From positions 1,254,917 through 1,318,916 of the forward strand of contig OZ316892.1 in assembly GCA_973895155.1 (NCBI GenBank): a stretch of DNA of 64,000 bases. Reading direction: 5' to 3'. The notes below the pieces were generated by a model, which had not been told where the DNA came from, ran no database searches, and saw only the letters and a list, made by a program, of their open reading frames with translations. Each line of letters opens with the position of its first letter. Positions within the stretch are counted from its first letter, which is position 1. The stretch comes from Marsupella aquatica (taxonomy: Eukaryota; Plantae; Marchantiophyta). A program made the position numbers and the translations under genes. This document shows, piece after piece, positions 1 to 16,318 of this stretch.

Positions 1-1953
<1,953 letters not shown>

Positions 1954-3533
1954 TCAACACTATGAAATCTTGCACTCTAGAAAGCACTACAAGGGGTCAC
2001 AAAACCTAAGGGCACATTGATGTTTGACGCATAAAGACACGCTTCATTTTTGGGTTTCTCTCAAGTTTGAAGATGATTTTGAAACACATTTCACCTCTCT
2101 AGTCAACTGCCAACTAAAACTTAGTCTAGCACCCGAAATCTTAACGGCACAACGAGCACGAAATGCTCAGAAATAATATAAACGACCAGATTACAAGTTT
2201 AGGGAAGACTAAATCTATTCTCAAGGCCTTGAAACACAATAAGCTAAGGAGGCACTATTTGGATACCCGTACAATTATTCGATGATTGTATACGAATTTC
2301 ATTTGGTGGCCTTTGAAGCCCGTTTTCGTGGATTCTCAATACCCTTAAGAAGCTTTGCAAGGATAAAATGAATTATTCAAGAATTCAAGTTTTCGAGAAG
2401 TCTATTGCAGAGAGTCAATACGAAAATTTCATGGGCTTCTAAACTCTCATAAGGAATCCCCAATAGGACTGTCTTAGTTAATACTGATGTAAAGCATGTG
2501 TCCTCGTTACACTTTAACAAATCAGAAGTATGGGTGCAACCAATCGAGACATGTTTTCAAAATTCATTACAAAGGTAACGTCACCCATAGCAAGAGAACA
2601 ATTAACTCACGCATTTGATGTTTCAGGGATTGCCATGTCTGATTGTTCATCTCCCACCATCTTGCAAAGCTTCCTATATTTGAGATCCTTGGAAACCAAA
2701 GAGTGGCCTGTTTCTCCACTACAATGGTGCAAATTTCAAGGATTTTGACTATCTTCTGCCATTGAAGTAGAATCGTCTCGATGCATTGGTCAAGCACGAT
2801 GAATGTAAACACCCATTGCCTTGAATTGTTAGGTCCTGATGTTCCGATGTCAAGATTGCAATGTGCTCATCAATCTCTCCCTAGCTAAAACCCCAACATC
2901 GATCCACATCGGTGGATCTTCAAATGCCTAGTTTTGTCCTCTCCTCCTTTGGAATAGCATTTTGTCCGCATTCGTCTTGACGGCTATGGTAAGAGCTACG
3001 GTAACGTGCATGTATTTTTCCAGGTATCTTATGAATGAACGAAAGATACCAAACCTTTTGGATAGAGGCTATTTCTTTGGGTTTCGGGATCTTACAACAG
3101 GAATTTCACAACTCCCTATACTTTTAGTGTGGACAAATGAAATGCATACTATTGGGGGATACACAACTGAATCTTTTCCACAATTCACAATTGTTTTATA
3201 GCCCAGAGTGAATATTATACTTGGTGTAGTTGTCTTGAGTTTACATGTTCAATATTCATGCAGTGTACACTGTCCATGATGCAACTGAAATGTTCTTACA
3301 CTGTCCACATACCAAAATTATAACCCTTCTCTTAAGACAACGTAGTGCCTCAACTGCCTGAGAAATGCCTTCTCCCAACCATAGAAAATTTGAGAGATGT
3401 ACATATATTGTAGTCCCATTATAAAGTTTTGAGTTTTGTTGGACTGACTTTTTTTGGCAAAATTACTACAGTAGATTGCCACTCTCTTTTCTCTATATTT
3501 TCACCAGCATGCAGGTGGAGCCAAGCAAAGTGG

Positions 3534-3657
3534 AAACAAACCCACAAACAAATAGTCATCTAAACATACCATATGGAAACAAACTATAAACAAGTAGCCA
3601 TCTAAACATACCAAGATAAAACAAACCCATAAACAAATGGTCATCTAAACATATCAA
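3534..3657. repeat. About 3 copies of a ~43-bp tandem repeat (aaacaaacccacaaacaaatagtcatctaaacatacc...)
   Basis: Three imperfect adjacent copies visible by eye. Confidence 0.7.
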
Positions 3658-4697
3658 AGCGCCTAGACTTTGCACCTGGCCACCCCAGTGTGAAAACAAG
3701 ATTTGCCTTATGGTCAATAGACCAGACTCAAAGGAGTTGTCAAATGTTAGGTATTGAATGAGGGCACCTTCAGAAGGGATAAGAATGTGTTTGTGGATTA
3801 CTCCTGACCTTGATTCTCGGGGGGGTCATTTCCATGGAAGTGACATATCATGTGCGACAAAGTCTAGGGCCATTTAAATGGTTTTGGCGGAAGACTTATT
3901 AAGTCTTCAATGGAAACATAGGGTTGTTTAATTGCAAAATGCATATATGTCATCACATGATTGGTGTCGTACAACTTTATAGAAAGTGGCTTAGAGGGGT
4001 CATAAATGACCCAAACCATTGCACGTGATGTATGACCCTTCATATAGTGACCCCCCCCCCCCCCCCAAGCCTTGATTGTAAGGACTTTGTCTGACCCAGA
4101 GTAGTTACAAAGATTAGCTACAAAACAATGAGCAGCTCTCATTTGCTTCCAATTCACATAGTGGATGCCCAGGATTGCACACAATTATGCAAAGGCCCAC
4201 TATTGCCACTATTGGTGGCCCACAAGTTTTGCCCTCTCACCGGGCCTCTCACACCCTCCTTATTATGGCCCCTCGGACACTACCTACCACATTACTCTCA
4301 GTTATGAATTCAATCTAACATTTTAATTACTACATACCCCCATGGCAAACTCCTTCCAAAAATCCTGGAAGCATCTGGAAAGACATGAACACTATTAGTC
4401 ACAAGCAAGAATGGTTAGTTATGCAAAAAGAACCACACATGACTATTGGCATGTTTGAGGCAAGGCAAAGAAAAACAGTTAGACCCCTTAACTCTAAAAA
4501 CTATGGAAAACTGAAAAGTCAAACTTCAAATATTCAACAAGTAGATTGATTCAAAAGGGGTGAAAGAAAATAACATTTGGATGGGTTGTGATTGATATAT
4601 CAATGTTTTTTGGTAAAATGTTTAAATATTGTATTTAATTGACAAAAAATTTTAAGAACCATAAGTAGAACAAAACTCTTCAATTGGGTCTTCAATT

Positions 4698-4872
4698 ACT
4701 GTAACATTTACCAAGGAAAGCTACTATGGCTAGAGGAGTAACAAGACAGCGTAAAATACCCTTCAACTTCATTGTTGTCACTGTAACATTTACCACGGTA
4801 ATGTAAGAAACCTTTTGACTACTAGGGATAGAGGAGTAACAAAAGTGTCAATGTAAAAAACCCTTCAACTTC
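4698..4872. repeat. Imperfect local direct duplication (actgtaacatttacca...tagaggagtaaca...cccttcaacttc)
   Basis: Two related copies starting at about 4698 and 4780. Confidence 0.6.
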
Positions 4873-6290
4873 CGTTTTTGCCTACTCACCAATGTTTTTT
4901 GTCGCAGTTTGATCGGCCAAAAACCTATCCCTGTGTCTGTGCCTCACCCTTGCCCTCTATGCCTCACTATTAGTGACTCACCCTCTCTAACAGTGTAAGG
5001 TACAGACATTGAGCTCCTTTTCCATAAAATACTACAGTAATATTTTCATTTGTTTTGGATTTCTAGACACATAGCATAAGTTGGCTGTCAGTAAGTGCCT
5101 TAACTAAAAATACTTGGGCAATTCAATTAGAGGGGTATAACAACTTTCAGTCACAGAAAGTACAAAAGGGTGAACATAAGACACATTTTAACTTGAAAAA
5201 TGTCAAAGGAAAAATAGCACTTGAGAAAGTCAGGTGGGTTAGCCATATAGGAGTAAGAAAAAAACTCCTCATCTTGGAGGCACAGGTCAATGGCAAAGCA
5301 GGGGGTGGAGGATGGCAAGATGGATTTTGGCTGGTTGAGGTTCAGAAGAAACTTCCCTTTACATCTATGGGCAGCAATTGAATCCCTCCTCCCAATTTTG
5401 CATTTGTTAGCAGACTACACCCAGAAATCAATGGAATGGCTTATTACAGTGTTTGACAAATGATCAATGTTAGGTGGGTTGACAATTTTCCCACCTCTAC
5501 ATTCACCAGTTCAACTCACTCACAAAACAAAGAGAAAGAAAAAAACCAGCTGGCAGTTGACCAGGGATGAGAATAGAACCAAGAGGACCCAGGCTCAATC
5601 CCCCCTCCACACGCAAGGGGTATGAAGGGTATGTGTGTGTATGTCTGAGTGGAGTGTGGTGGTGGGAGTCCTGGCTTCTCCTCAGCCCCTGGCTCTCCCG
5701 CTTTGGGGCCCTGCAGGTTCAACCTTCTCTCCCTCGTGGTCTGGGTCTATGTCGGATCCCTGGGTATTGTCCACCCTTGTAGGTTACCCTACACTGGTGC
5801 ATGCTCCAAAGAAAAAAGTCTATGGTTACCTTACACTCGTGCACTCCAAAGTAGAAAGTCTATCCTCTATTGGAGAGGTCTACTTTAGACTTTCAAACGT
5901 CAAAAAAAATACTTTCGACTTTCAAGGTAAAAAAACAATACTTTCAAGGTCAAAAACAATGAAAAAAAAACACTACGATTCACTCACAAAACAAAGGGGA
6001 AAAAAAAAACAGTTCTCGGTCACAAACTACACAGAAAACAACAGTGTCCTGGATCATGCAGGCGCTCACAAAAGGCTAGCGGGGGTGGGCCAGCGGATGG
6101 GCAGGCTCGTGTGGGGCCTCACGCAGCTATGGATTCCCTTCTCGGTGTGCCCACCTGAGCATTACCTGAGCATTTACCTGAGCTCACTCAACGAAGCTCA
6201 GATTCTTCAAGTCGGTAAAACTGTACTCCTTCGCACTGCTTAGCTCGGCTCAGCTCAAACCGGTTCAATTGTACTCAATCAGAAAAAATT

Positions 6291-6420
6291 GAGCTCTGCT
6301 GAGCTCAGTGAAACTCATCAGCCGCAATCCACAAACATGACGACCCGATGAAATTGTACTCTGAGAATTTCCGAGCTCTGCTGAGCTCAGTGAAACTCAT
6401 CAGCAGCAATCCACAAACAT
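6291..6420. repeat. Direct duplication of ~48 bp (gagctctgctgagctcagtgaaactcatcag...caatccacaaacat)
   Basis: Near-identical copies at about 6291-6338 and 6373-6420. Confidence 0.75.
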
Positions 6421-7504
6421 CATGGAAGTTCTGAAGATACGGTAGTATCGTGAAGGGTCACAGGGGTACAGTACTGTACTGTACTGTACTGTACCTATTC
6501 TCGCAGGTGGTCTTCATAGCCGAAAGGTGGGAAGCGGACTTTTGGCCTGGTTGGTTAAATTGGTTTGTCCGTCCGTGGTCAATCTTTTGCTGTCGTCTGG
6601 TTGCTCGGAAAGGAAGAATTTCACATTTTCACTCGTGGGTTGTTTGGACTTTCGAATACGCGCAAGTTGCCCTGCTGCCCAAGTGGGAGCTCGCTGAGCT
6701 GAGAAGCGGTGACTGTTGTTCTGCTGGCTGGGCTGGGCTGGGCTGGGCCGGCCTGTGCTGTGCTCCGTGGGACCAATGTGTGCCCTCCTCTTTTCCCCTC
6801 TCTTCCCATTCTCCTGATTCTTCTTCGGGGCCTGCCCAGCTTCTTCATTGGTGGGTGGTTCGGATGAGAGTTTGTTTGTTCCGGATCTTGGACAGGATTG
6901 AGATTCTGCGGTGATAGATAAGGCTTTTCATATTACATGAAAAAGACTATGCTGCTGGTTGCGGCGGTGGAGGAGAGGAAAAATAAGGAGCAGGGGATGA
7001 GTGAGGGGAGGGGACGTTTGATCATTCCTATAATCGTTCGGTCCGGTCTTTGTGACGGACACCCTCGTCGAGATTGCGAACGGGGAATTTGAATCTGGGA
7101 TACATACACTGGTCGCAGGATTCTAGATGTTGATTTGAAGTGGATTCGTATGCTGAGGAAACCTGAAAAGAGTGAGTGAATTTTGTTACTTTCTCTTTCG
7201 TGCTTCTAAAATTGATTTCCCAGGCAAAAGAGAGATGGTGAATTCGCGGAGGCCGACAGACATAGGATCGATATACTGGGAATTGTAGACGTGTGATGAG
7301 CTGGAGAACAAAATCTAAACGATATGGGATGGTAATGAACAGCTCGCAGGTTAGCGGGGCGCTACGGGAGCTGTCCCGGGACTAGAAAGGAAAGTCATCA
7401 TCCACAGAATTTCGACCTAGGGAAGAATTCCTTTGGATCGGCAAGCTCAAAACCGAGAGTGTGCGAGAGCTGCCGGATCTTCGTGCTTCATTCTGCCTTC
7501 GGCG

Positions 7505-10500
7505 ATGGCGGCTGTTGTCGCCTCCTCCCCACCATTGTTGCGCTCAACGTTCTTTGCTCGTTCCTACGCTTTCAGGGGGGCTGTGAAAAGCTACCCCTCC
7601 TGTCAGCGTCAGCGTCACCGTTGGTTCAGAAAATGTCTTTCTCAAATTTCTTCTCACGTCGCTAGCGGGGGGTCAGTACATAATCCCAATGTCTCTTATG
7701 CTTAATAAGCCGGATGTTGCATCAAAACTTTTGCAGTCTTACGCCTGTTGAACCTCAATTTCTGCGATATCTAATAAATAGAAATAGTAACATAATACGT
7801 GGATTCCTTGTTGTGTGGCTGGTCAGGCTGGGACCAGAGCTCCATGACTCAATTCTACAACTTCAGGTTGGGCTATTGCAAGGAGCGGCTGATGTTGGCT
7901 TGCCTCTTCCTGCGCATGATGGGGTATGCAATGATCTACTTTTGCCATTGTCGTGGTTTGCGAATTATCTCTTTGTCTTGTGAATCTCTTTGAGCATGGA
8001 TTCCGTTGTAGCTCGATGTTTGGCCGTACTAACGAATTTATGGTTGGAAAATATGTGCGTCAGACATTGAATTGGTTGGCAGCCGCAATACCTGCGGCGT
8101 GGTGGTACGTCGCTGCAACGCCGGGGAGCTTTTCAGGCCTTGTGGATTTTGCGTATGCACCAGTGCACTCCCTTTCCAACACGTACGTGAACCTCAAACT
8201 TTTCAAAGCTGCACTTAATTCGTTGTTTTTCAGTCCTTTCCTGTTTGCGACAATGTTGAACTTGTTCTGGACACAAGGAAATGGGTACAAAGTACATACC
8301 ATCATCAAATATTAGTTTAAAATCATGAAAGCATATATATGGCAAACAAATATGCTTAATATTGTTTCAACAAATGCCCTCGCCGTCCACCGACATCTGA
8401 TGTCTCCGTGTCTGTCAATAGTGCGAGTCACTTAGTTTGTCTAAACTCTTACACCCTAAACATAGTTAGCTCTCTCTTGGATTTATCGACAAATCAAGCA
8501 GAGGAACGTATAGTTTAGTACTGGCATCTTTCGGGCAGGTTCCCCTTGATTGTAGGAATGAAATTGTACTAGGCGGATGTTAACTGCAAATTGCTGGTTA
8601 TAAAGCTGCGACAGTTCTAAGATAGGTAAATTACTGCCTAGGAGCGACATTTCATCTGCTTCTGATATATATCTGTATAATAGATGTTGGGATTGCGAAA
8701 TTTTTAGTGAATACCTGATTGACCACGTAGCCTTTGGAATCCTAACCCTCATATGACAAGGTTTTTATTGAGCATGGACCATTTGGAAATTGTGGTGCTT
8801 TCTATCAATGGATGGTTCTACTATAATAAAATATCATACAAATAAGCTTAGCACATCTTAGGATTGCTCTTTAAAATCGTTTCGTTATCCTAACGCGCTT
8901 TTATGTTTGCAGCTCCTTTAACGCTGACGAGGTGCAAGTGGGAAGGCAAATCGGTGAAGGATCGTTTGGAATTGTTTATGAAGGCTACATTGGAAGAGGT
9001 ATTTTTTAACACAGCCTTTCTGTTTCCTCTATCCTGTTCATATGCTTGGCCTACCTGATTTAAGATTTCTCTGGACTGTTACTATAACATCTCTTCGATG
9101 GCTTTAGGCGTACGAAAAGGATCACAGAAGAAGGAGTTGCATGTGATCTTAAAGAAGGTTAGGCCACATAGCAAAGGAGCTGCAGAGATGCATGATGCAG
9201 AGATTTACATGAACCGCAGAGTGCAGGTACTCCTCTGATGCATAAATCGTTCAAGTATTGAAATATTTCGGGTCCAGAAAGTTTTCCTTTTTAGCATAAT
9301 AAATTTCGTCTGATTGATTTCTGGGACCAAAATGGCAGAGAACAGCTCCCAATGCATGTGCGGACTTTCTTGGGACAACTAAAGTGAGCTCATCACAGAG
9401 CCAGGGGAGGTTGTCAGAGGTATGACATCTGGCTTTGTCATTATCTGGAGGCTTGACTCAGACAATTAGCATCATTCTGGAATTTGACATGATGATCCGC
9501 TCTTGTGTGATAATAAGATCTCTATCCGTAAGCCATGACTTGTTTGGCTTGAAGTTCGTAATTGTCCTCAAATGTCATTGGTTGGTTTCGATTTCGTTGT
9601 CAATTACTCATCCTTCGTCTTGCAATGTAGAAACCATGGACTGTCTATAGTCAATTCTTTTTAGTCCTTCTTGTTAAAATGATCTAGATAAGGGTGACCT
9701 TTGTGGATTCTGATAACCATATTCAAAACAAATACAATCAAGGTTGCTCATCATTTATAGTGGATATGCAGGGCTTGTGGCTTGTCTGGAGATATCAAGG
9801 GGACAGGACATTGGCTCACTATATGAAGCAGAAAAACTTTCCAGAGAATGTAGCTGAATATGTACTTGGAAGCAAGGTATACATATGAATGGTCTTTCTG
9901 TAGTAACTTTCCCAGAGCTAGGCAACGGCATCCATTGTCTTGATTGCATCTTGTTGTCAATTTCTTATGCTGCATATCGTGCGAAGTTTAGACCTCATAG
10001 AATGCATCGTCCAGTTGTAAATAATAAAACGTTCTATATGCATAAATATGTGTCAATTTTGGCTCGATTTGTTTGTTTTACTAGTCCCTGTTTCTAGGAA
10101 GATCTTTAGGCTGTGTTTGGTTTTGTCTCATGGAATGCTTTTGACCGTAGGGGCCGCATGTTGTCATAAAACGTTTGTGTACTTTGGTTTACTTTTGTTC
10201 ATGAGTCCCATGCGGATTTAGAAATTCTCTTGATAGAACTATATAATTTAGAATTTGGAACTTTGGGAAAGTGCTTGAACGATTTCCTTGATCCAGGTCA
10301 AAGCAACGTCAAAGAAAGATATCACTGAGCAGAACAATGCGGTCATACGCAGAATAGCGACCCAGATTCTAACAAATCTAAGTGATCTGCATAGAACAGG
10401 TGAAGCATTGGTGAGCATAATTGCATTTGGTTTCTATGGGCTTCACCAAAGTTTTTGGCACGTAAAAAAGACTGCGATTGATGGATTTTGCAGTGGAATC

Positions 10501-13500
10501 TTTTCTACCCTTTTTGAGTACGTTGTTGAGCATGCTATGGTGTTAATTATATTGGCAGGACTGGTGCATCGAGATGTGAAGCCGCTGAACCTGATTCTTG
10601 CACAAGATTCTGGCACGTTCAAGCTCGTTGACCTTGGTGCTGCAGTTGATCTTCGCTCAGGCTATAACTATGTATGTGAATTTCTACAGACCTTGTTCAT
10701 TGAAGCTCCTGGGGATTCTTTTGTGCCTCATTTCAAAAATATCGTAAGATGGAATCGACCACTGATCAGTTTAGTTGCTTACTTGAGATTTTCAAGCTCT
10801 TAGAATCTGCAATGGCCTTGCTGAGGTTCCTGGATGTTGTCATGGTGGCAGGTGCCAGATGAAACAATTATAGATCCAACCTATGCAGCTCCTGAACATC
10901 ATGTGATGCCAACTTCGACCCCACAATTGCCACCTGATCCTCTGTGCTCTGTTGTCTCACCACTTGTTTGGCTGCTAAATACTCCAGATCGGTTTGACCT
11001 TTATTCAGCTGTAAGTCTTCTTTGTTCGTTTTTAATGGTGGTGGTAGTACATACGGATGCCCATGTTTAGTTTCCCTGACAGCCGTCCTGTCTCACAGTC
11101 TCACAGCGAGATCTGGCTTGTTGCAGGGTTTGATTCTGTTGCAGATGGCTGTAAGACCTTTGCGGCAAGATATGGGCTTGGTACACCTCCGAACCTAAAC
11201 TCATAAGGATTAGAATTTGCTTGAACATATTCTGGTGTTATACGTCCACTGACTCTACAATCAAAGAGAGCAAATTGTTAGAACCAGATTAGGTAAATTC
11301 AATGTATTCGCGAAGAAGAATTTACAATCTGCACCTTGGTTGGGTTGGATTCACAGCAACAATTTAATGCGGAGTTCAAGCGAGCGGGTTATGACCTGGA
11401 TTCTTGGCGAAGGAAGTGTCGATTCAGTGATGACGAGTTTTCCCTTCTCGATGCTGATGGTACTTGTCTGGCTTACAGTCATGGACATACAAACATAATA
11501 TTTCTCAAACACCAGCTATGTCGCTAATTAATTACTTTCTTTTGATATGGTTTGGTTCATAAAACTTCCTCTATGTTAATGGCTGATTTTGTAGCACTGA
11601 GGAGCACTGGTCGGGTGGTCATAATGATTTTTAGGTGCGATTTATGTTAGAAGTTAGCTGTAAGCTTTGTCGTGTGAACTGCTGCCATCTTATTTCAGCT
11701 CTAATTGGAGTATTCTCTCTGGCAGGTGCTGCTGGCTGGGAGCTTGTCAGGAGTATGCTTTTGCCCAGATATGACCGAGGCTCCTTCATTTGGCCAAGTA
11801 CTGTCTTGCTCTTTCTACACACGTCTAACTAGTGAACGTCAAACTACTGGCTCATGTGCAGACTCAACCAAGTGAATCTTGCCTCAAGCCTTCCCTCACA
11901 GTCAAGTTCTACGCTGTGGGGGCGGTTGCTAGACCGAGTGAGAAGTAAAGTAGAACTGCATGAAAGCTCTTGTGTTTGTTTGGCAAGTAGCATAACGCTA
12001 TCCAACCAATGTTGGCCTACACTGGGATTTTTGCAGGCCTTGGGAGCAGCCGCCCTTCTGCTGAAGCAACACTAAGACATCGATTCCTGACTGGCTCTCC
12101 TGCCAAGCGTCCTGTATTCAAATCCCCGAAAATATCTACGATCTCTATACCTTCAGTTTCTGTACCGGAAATCTCTTTACCTGCAATTTCTCTACTTCAG
12201 CCCAGCAATTTCATTCCCAATGTCAGCTTTGGTTCCTCTCCCAATCTGGCAGCCGTTGGAACTGGGCTGGATATCGATTGGGGACAGGTCAACAGAACGA
12301 TACGTGCTGTCTTGCCGACGGCTGGAAGAAGTGCTTTAACTTTGGCAGCTGGCTGGCTGGTGCGTAATTTATCTAATAGGCCACCCTTGTAGTTCAGATT
12401 GGGATATCTATTAGGACTTGCGTCTTCATCGTTTCAGGAGAAGTTACCCACCATAGATGCCTAAGCCGTTCATGTCAAAGGATGTTTTGTTTGTATACAG
12501 GTGTTTTCTGCAGTGAGAGACTCGGCAGAAAAGTCCTATGCAGTGGGCCAATCTGCTATGGAATTCCTAGGAGCTGTGTGGCCTGTATCTCTTGTTTCCT
12601 TCTTGCTCGTCAGGTAATATTTCTGTAAATAGGATGCTCGTATTACAAGATGGGACCTAAATAAATGTTGCGAACTTCGTTACGGTAAGTTGATCTGGTA
12701 GAGGGTTTTTCATAGTTTATTCTAGCAAGTTTTTGTGTCTTAAAATCGTGTACAACAATTCAGCTCTGTACGCGAACCATCATTACATAGCTGCTGGAAC
12801 CTGTGACGCATTGATTAGTCTTCATAATTTTAACCCGCTTTGGTAGAAAACTAACTTCACCATTATTGTTGTGCTGTATTGGGATTATTACCCTACCAAC
12901 AAATTTTTTATGGCAGGCTCTGGGTTGAAGCGCAAGAGAAGATGCAAATTAACACTAGGACTGATCTCAATTTGGCGGTTCCCCAGATCCCCTCGTTGGC
13001 AGCAATTGATGTGGGAACACGTTTAGACTATATGACAATTAATGATCTGCCTGTAAGTCACCACGTGGAACAAGTAAGAGACAGCTTTACCTTAACTGGA
13101 GCTAGTGAAACAGAGGAGACCAGTTGCGACGTTGCCTCGATGGCAGCGCCTCATGTGGAGACCCTTCATGAAGCTACAATCAGGAAGCTACTTAGTAACA
13201 GACCGCAAACCGTGAAATCTAGCAGAACTGGGCTTGCTGAAGCAGTGCAGACAATGGAGTTGCAACTGGCATCCTTGGAGTCTTCTATAGCTGCTGGAAA
13301 GCTCTTCTCACAGCAGCAGCAACAGCAAATTATCGAGGTGAATGAATGTTTCTTCATTTTAAGCAACCGTGGAATTGTTTTTATTATTAGCTTCAGTATG
13401 TTGTGTTGTGGATGTCTTATGTAGGACAACTACTGCGGGTTGCTGATATGAAGGTCTTTCCTTGAATAGATGGAGAAATTGTTGAAACAACGGTCTCGAG

Positions 13501-13523
13501 AAACTGTTACTGCATCGAAATAA
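7505..13523 (+). CDS. Chloroplast thylakoid Ser/Thr kinase of the STN7/STN8 (Stt7/Stl1) family, multi-exon, with long C-terminal extension
   Basis: ATG 7505 opens a Ser/Ala/Arg-rich transit peptide. TM-adjacent motif WWYVAATPGSFSGLVD; glycine loop IGEGSFGIVY (exon 8913-8998); LWLVWRYQGDRTLA; catalytic HRDVKPLN; DLGAAVDLRSGYNYVP; SPLVWLLNTPDRFDLYSAG, all typical of STN7/STN8. Last exon 13470-13523 ends in TAA. Confidence 0.9.
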
Positions 13524-15079
13524 TCCGGCTAGTCAAATCCTTGCCAGTATCACCTGTGAAAAGTGGGTTCTGTGCAAGCGAGTGCACGACTCACTGAAGT
13601 TGACCAAGCAACTTATTGAATTGTATTAAAACTACTGCGGAGACCTCGAATCCCGTGGATGCTCTCGTCATTGACAATGAAGACTATTTACAATCACACT
13701 GAACGGTATACGATAGAGATTATGTGCCCTTCGTATCTTTCAAGTTACTTTTGTGTATTATCCACTGGGGCAGTGGCAAATTGTGAATTGGTAGGTACAT
13801 CCACACTTTTCGAACACCCCACATTGGGTGATTCGATTTTACTGGAGTTTCATAGCAGTGAACCGCATCCTTGGCGCGTAGTTGTACGCGTTCAACAAGT
13901 GGAGGCCATATACTCTGTTTGTCACAATTAACTGGAGAAGGATCATTAGCTCACGGATTTCACGTCTGGGGATTACAACGACGAACAAAAAAATGACTTC
14001 AGCAAATCCGCAACTACGGAGTGCTCGAGTTTAGATGCCACGTAACCTTGTTCAAGATTACACGTGGACAGGGAATGCCATGATCCTGAAAATCCTGGTC
14101 TTGGTTGTGGGGTCCGAGATGGCTTGGGCAGCCATTTTGATCTTATCTCAGTTACGAGTCCGAAGACACCAGCAGTTAAATTCCCGCTTGTTTTGATGGA
14201 TTTTCATGAAACTGAGATTTGGAGACGATCCTGTGGAAAGAGTTGTATTTAAAATTTATATGAAATCATTCCAGAAAGACTCCAAGTACCCTGCCCTGTG
14301 GTTGCCTGAAATGATGGTCGGTAATGTCAATGGCCTTCTCAGGCTATGCGCGTATTATTCAGACGGACTAATCTGAAAAAGTGTTTATGCGGTCTTTAAA
14401 GAAAAAGAAAATGTCATTTTGATTGGTCATGGGAAAATTCGTTCTGATAATTCCCAAATGCCAGGATGCAGTTGTACCGGTTACCAACAAATAATAATAG
14501 CTCAGTACAATTGAGTTGACCCTGCTCCTCGGCAGAAACCTGTAGATATGTCCCTACTCTCGACCTTGTCCGTCTACCTGCCATCCTACTACACCCCTAT
14601 TCAACACTGAAGACGGGTAACAACTACCACGAAGGAGCTCAATTTAAGAATTTCCAACCGGTAAACAGACAACAGGAATCATGTAGAAATTTTCCCTTCC
14701 TAAGGAAGAAGTAGATCCTGTTACATTGACGACACAGCTTGTAGTGACTTTGTTCGAAGAAGGAGAACGGAGAAAAGGTAGTATTTTCCGTGGACATGAT
14801 GAAGCTTTGGACAACTTTAGCAGGGCTCACAGTGTTACTCAGCCTACAAAATTAACCCCAAGTTCTTCAGTTCTGTCGAAAGAACAAACTTGACATAAAT
14901 CGGTTGGCATGGGGATTAAACCACAATTTTGTCGCAAACATGTGAAAAGGCTAACTCAATCATGCATGACTCATTTATACATAAGAAGTTTGAATCTAAA
15001 GTACACAGGTTGCCAAAAATGGGGCAACAGACAGAAAAAACAAGTCGGCCAGAGGCAGGTATAAACAATAAATGATTGT

Positions 15080-16318
15080 TTAGCGTTCCAGTTTTGAATG
15101 AGAAGCTCCAGCAGGTGCCATTGGCGTCGGATAGCCGCCAGAAAATCCTGGAGATCCCGGTGCTCCCCCTGCGACTTGAGAGAAGACGTATGGGATAGAG
15201 GTTGGGAAATGAGACTGGTTCGTGTTTGGAACTCCAGAAGGTGACCTAGGAGATGAAGACTCTTTGTTCTGCGAAGGAGAAAAGGGCGATGGCGATGGCG
15301 ATGGCTGTCCAGAAGCCGAAGCATTGGGCGGCATCCCGGTGGCAGGATCCCGCGCATTTTTATCTTTATGGTACTCTTCCTGAAAAATCTCACCCAACTC
15401 CTTCAACCCTTTTGCACGAGCTCGAAGTACATCCTTGTTGCCATTGGGATCTGCCAACACCTTCTGGCAAACATGTGCGAGGGTTGCCTCAATGTCTACA
15501 ACATTCAATTTCCAAAGAGACCCCAGCATAAGCTCCTGCTTCGATTCCATATACTTCTCCAATTCTGATTCTGAAAGTTGGCCCCCACTTGCCTCCAGTT
15601 GACGTTTCATATCGTCCTGAATTTGCATTAATTGCACGACACCTGCTGCAGCAGTGACCTGGGATCTGACGTAGTGCCCTTTATCACGAACCCACTCTGC
15701 AAGGAAAGGAACACCCAAAAGTTGTTTCTTCCCAAGCTCTTTTGCACCCTGTCTTACATAGATACTGCCAATTGTGTAGAGCATGGGCCCTCCAAATGCT
15801 CCACCAGAAAGACGGTCGGCTTCTTTATGAGCCCAGTCCTTAAACCTAACTTTGTCTCCATCCACCCAAGGTTGGAGTCGTTCAATCAGTACCTTCACCA
15901 GCTTATCTTCGCGCTCATTTTGAATATCTTTCATCATCTGCTGCATCATCCGCATATCCAACGCCTGCCCATCAGATCCAATGTCAAGAGATGCCATAGC
16001 TGCCATCTTCAGCTGGCCAATATAATCCTCAAAAAGCTCACTCCCAAAGACCATTCCGAACACAGAGGCTGCGTCCATCATCCCGTCCTCCGAAACCGCA
16101 GTCTTCCCATATTTATCATACGCGTCCCTCTGCTTTGGATCACTAAGAACCTGGTAGGCCTCTCCGAGCACCTGAAAATTATGTGCTGCGTCTGGGTCGT
16201 TAGGGTTTTTGTCCGGATGCACCTTTCTCGCTTTTACGTAATACGCCTTCTTGATGTCAGCAGCTGAAGCATCTGGCGGTACCCCAAGCACTTCATAGTA
16301 GTGATTCTCCTTCACCAT
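15080..16318 (-). CDS. DnaJ-domain protein with DnaJ-X domain (plant DnaJ10-like / yeast CAJ1-Djp1-like), intronless CDS
   Basis: [13 protein letters not shown]...[10 protein letters not shown]-domain with HPD motif, followed by X-domain sequence ([17 protein letters not shown]...[13 protein letters not shown]). The first ATG in the ORF is at 16318. Confidence 0.93.
   Translation of the reverse strand: MVKENHYYEVLGVPPDASAADIKKAYYVKARKVHPDKNPNDPDAAHNFQVLGEAYQVLSDPKQRDAYDKYGKTAVSEDGMMDAASVFGMVFGSELFEDYIGQLKMAAMASLDIGSDGQALDMRMMQQMMKDIQNEREDKLVKVLIERLQPWVDGDKVRFKDWAHKEADRLSGGAFGGPMLYTIGSIYVRQGAKELGKKQLLGVPFLAEWVRDKGHYVRSQVTAAAGVVQLMQIQDDMKRQLEASGGQLSESELEKYMESKQELMLGSLWKLNVVDIEATLAHVCQKVLADPNGNKDVLRARAKGLKELGEIFQEEYHKDKNARDPATGMPPNASASGQPSPSPSPFSPSQNKESSSPRSPSGVPNTNQSHFPTSIPYVFSQVAGGAPGSPGFSGGYPTPMAPAGASHSKLER

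Noticed and set aside
2300-3400. Possible pseudogene or TE relic upstream of CDC48
   Set aside because: Only short ORFs with no motif I can recognise.
5516-6914. ORFs 5635-6243 (202 aa) and 6450-6914 (154 aa)
   Set aside because: Low-complexity, cross A-runs and simple repeats (GTACT, GGGCT), with no domain; likely promoter or repeat DNA.
15253-16267. Plus-strand ORFs overlapping the DnaJ gene (up to 211 aa)
   Set aside because: Antisense shadows with no domain signal.
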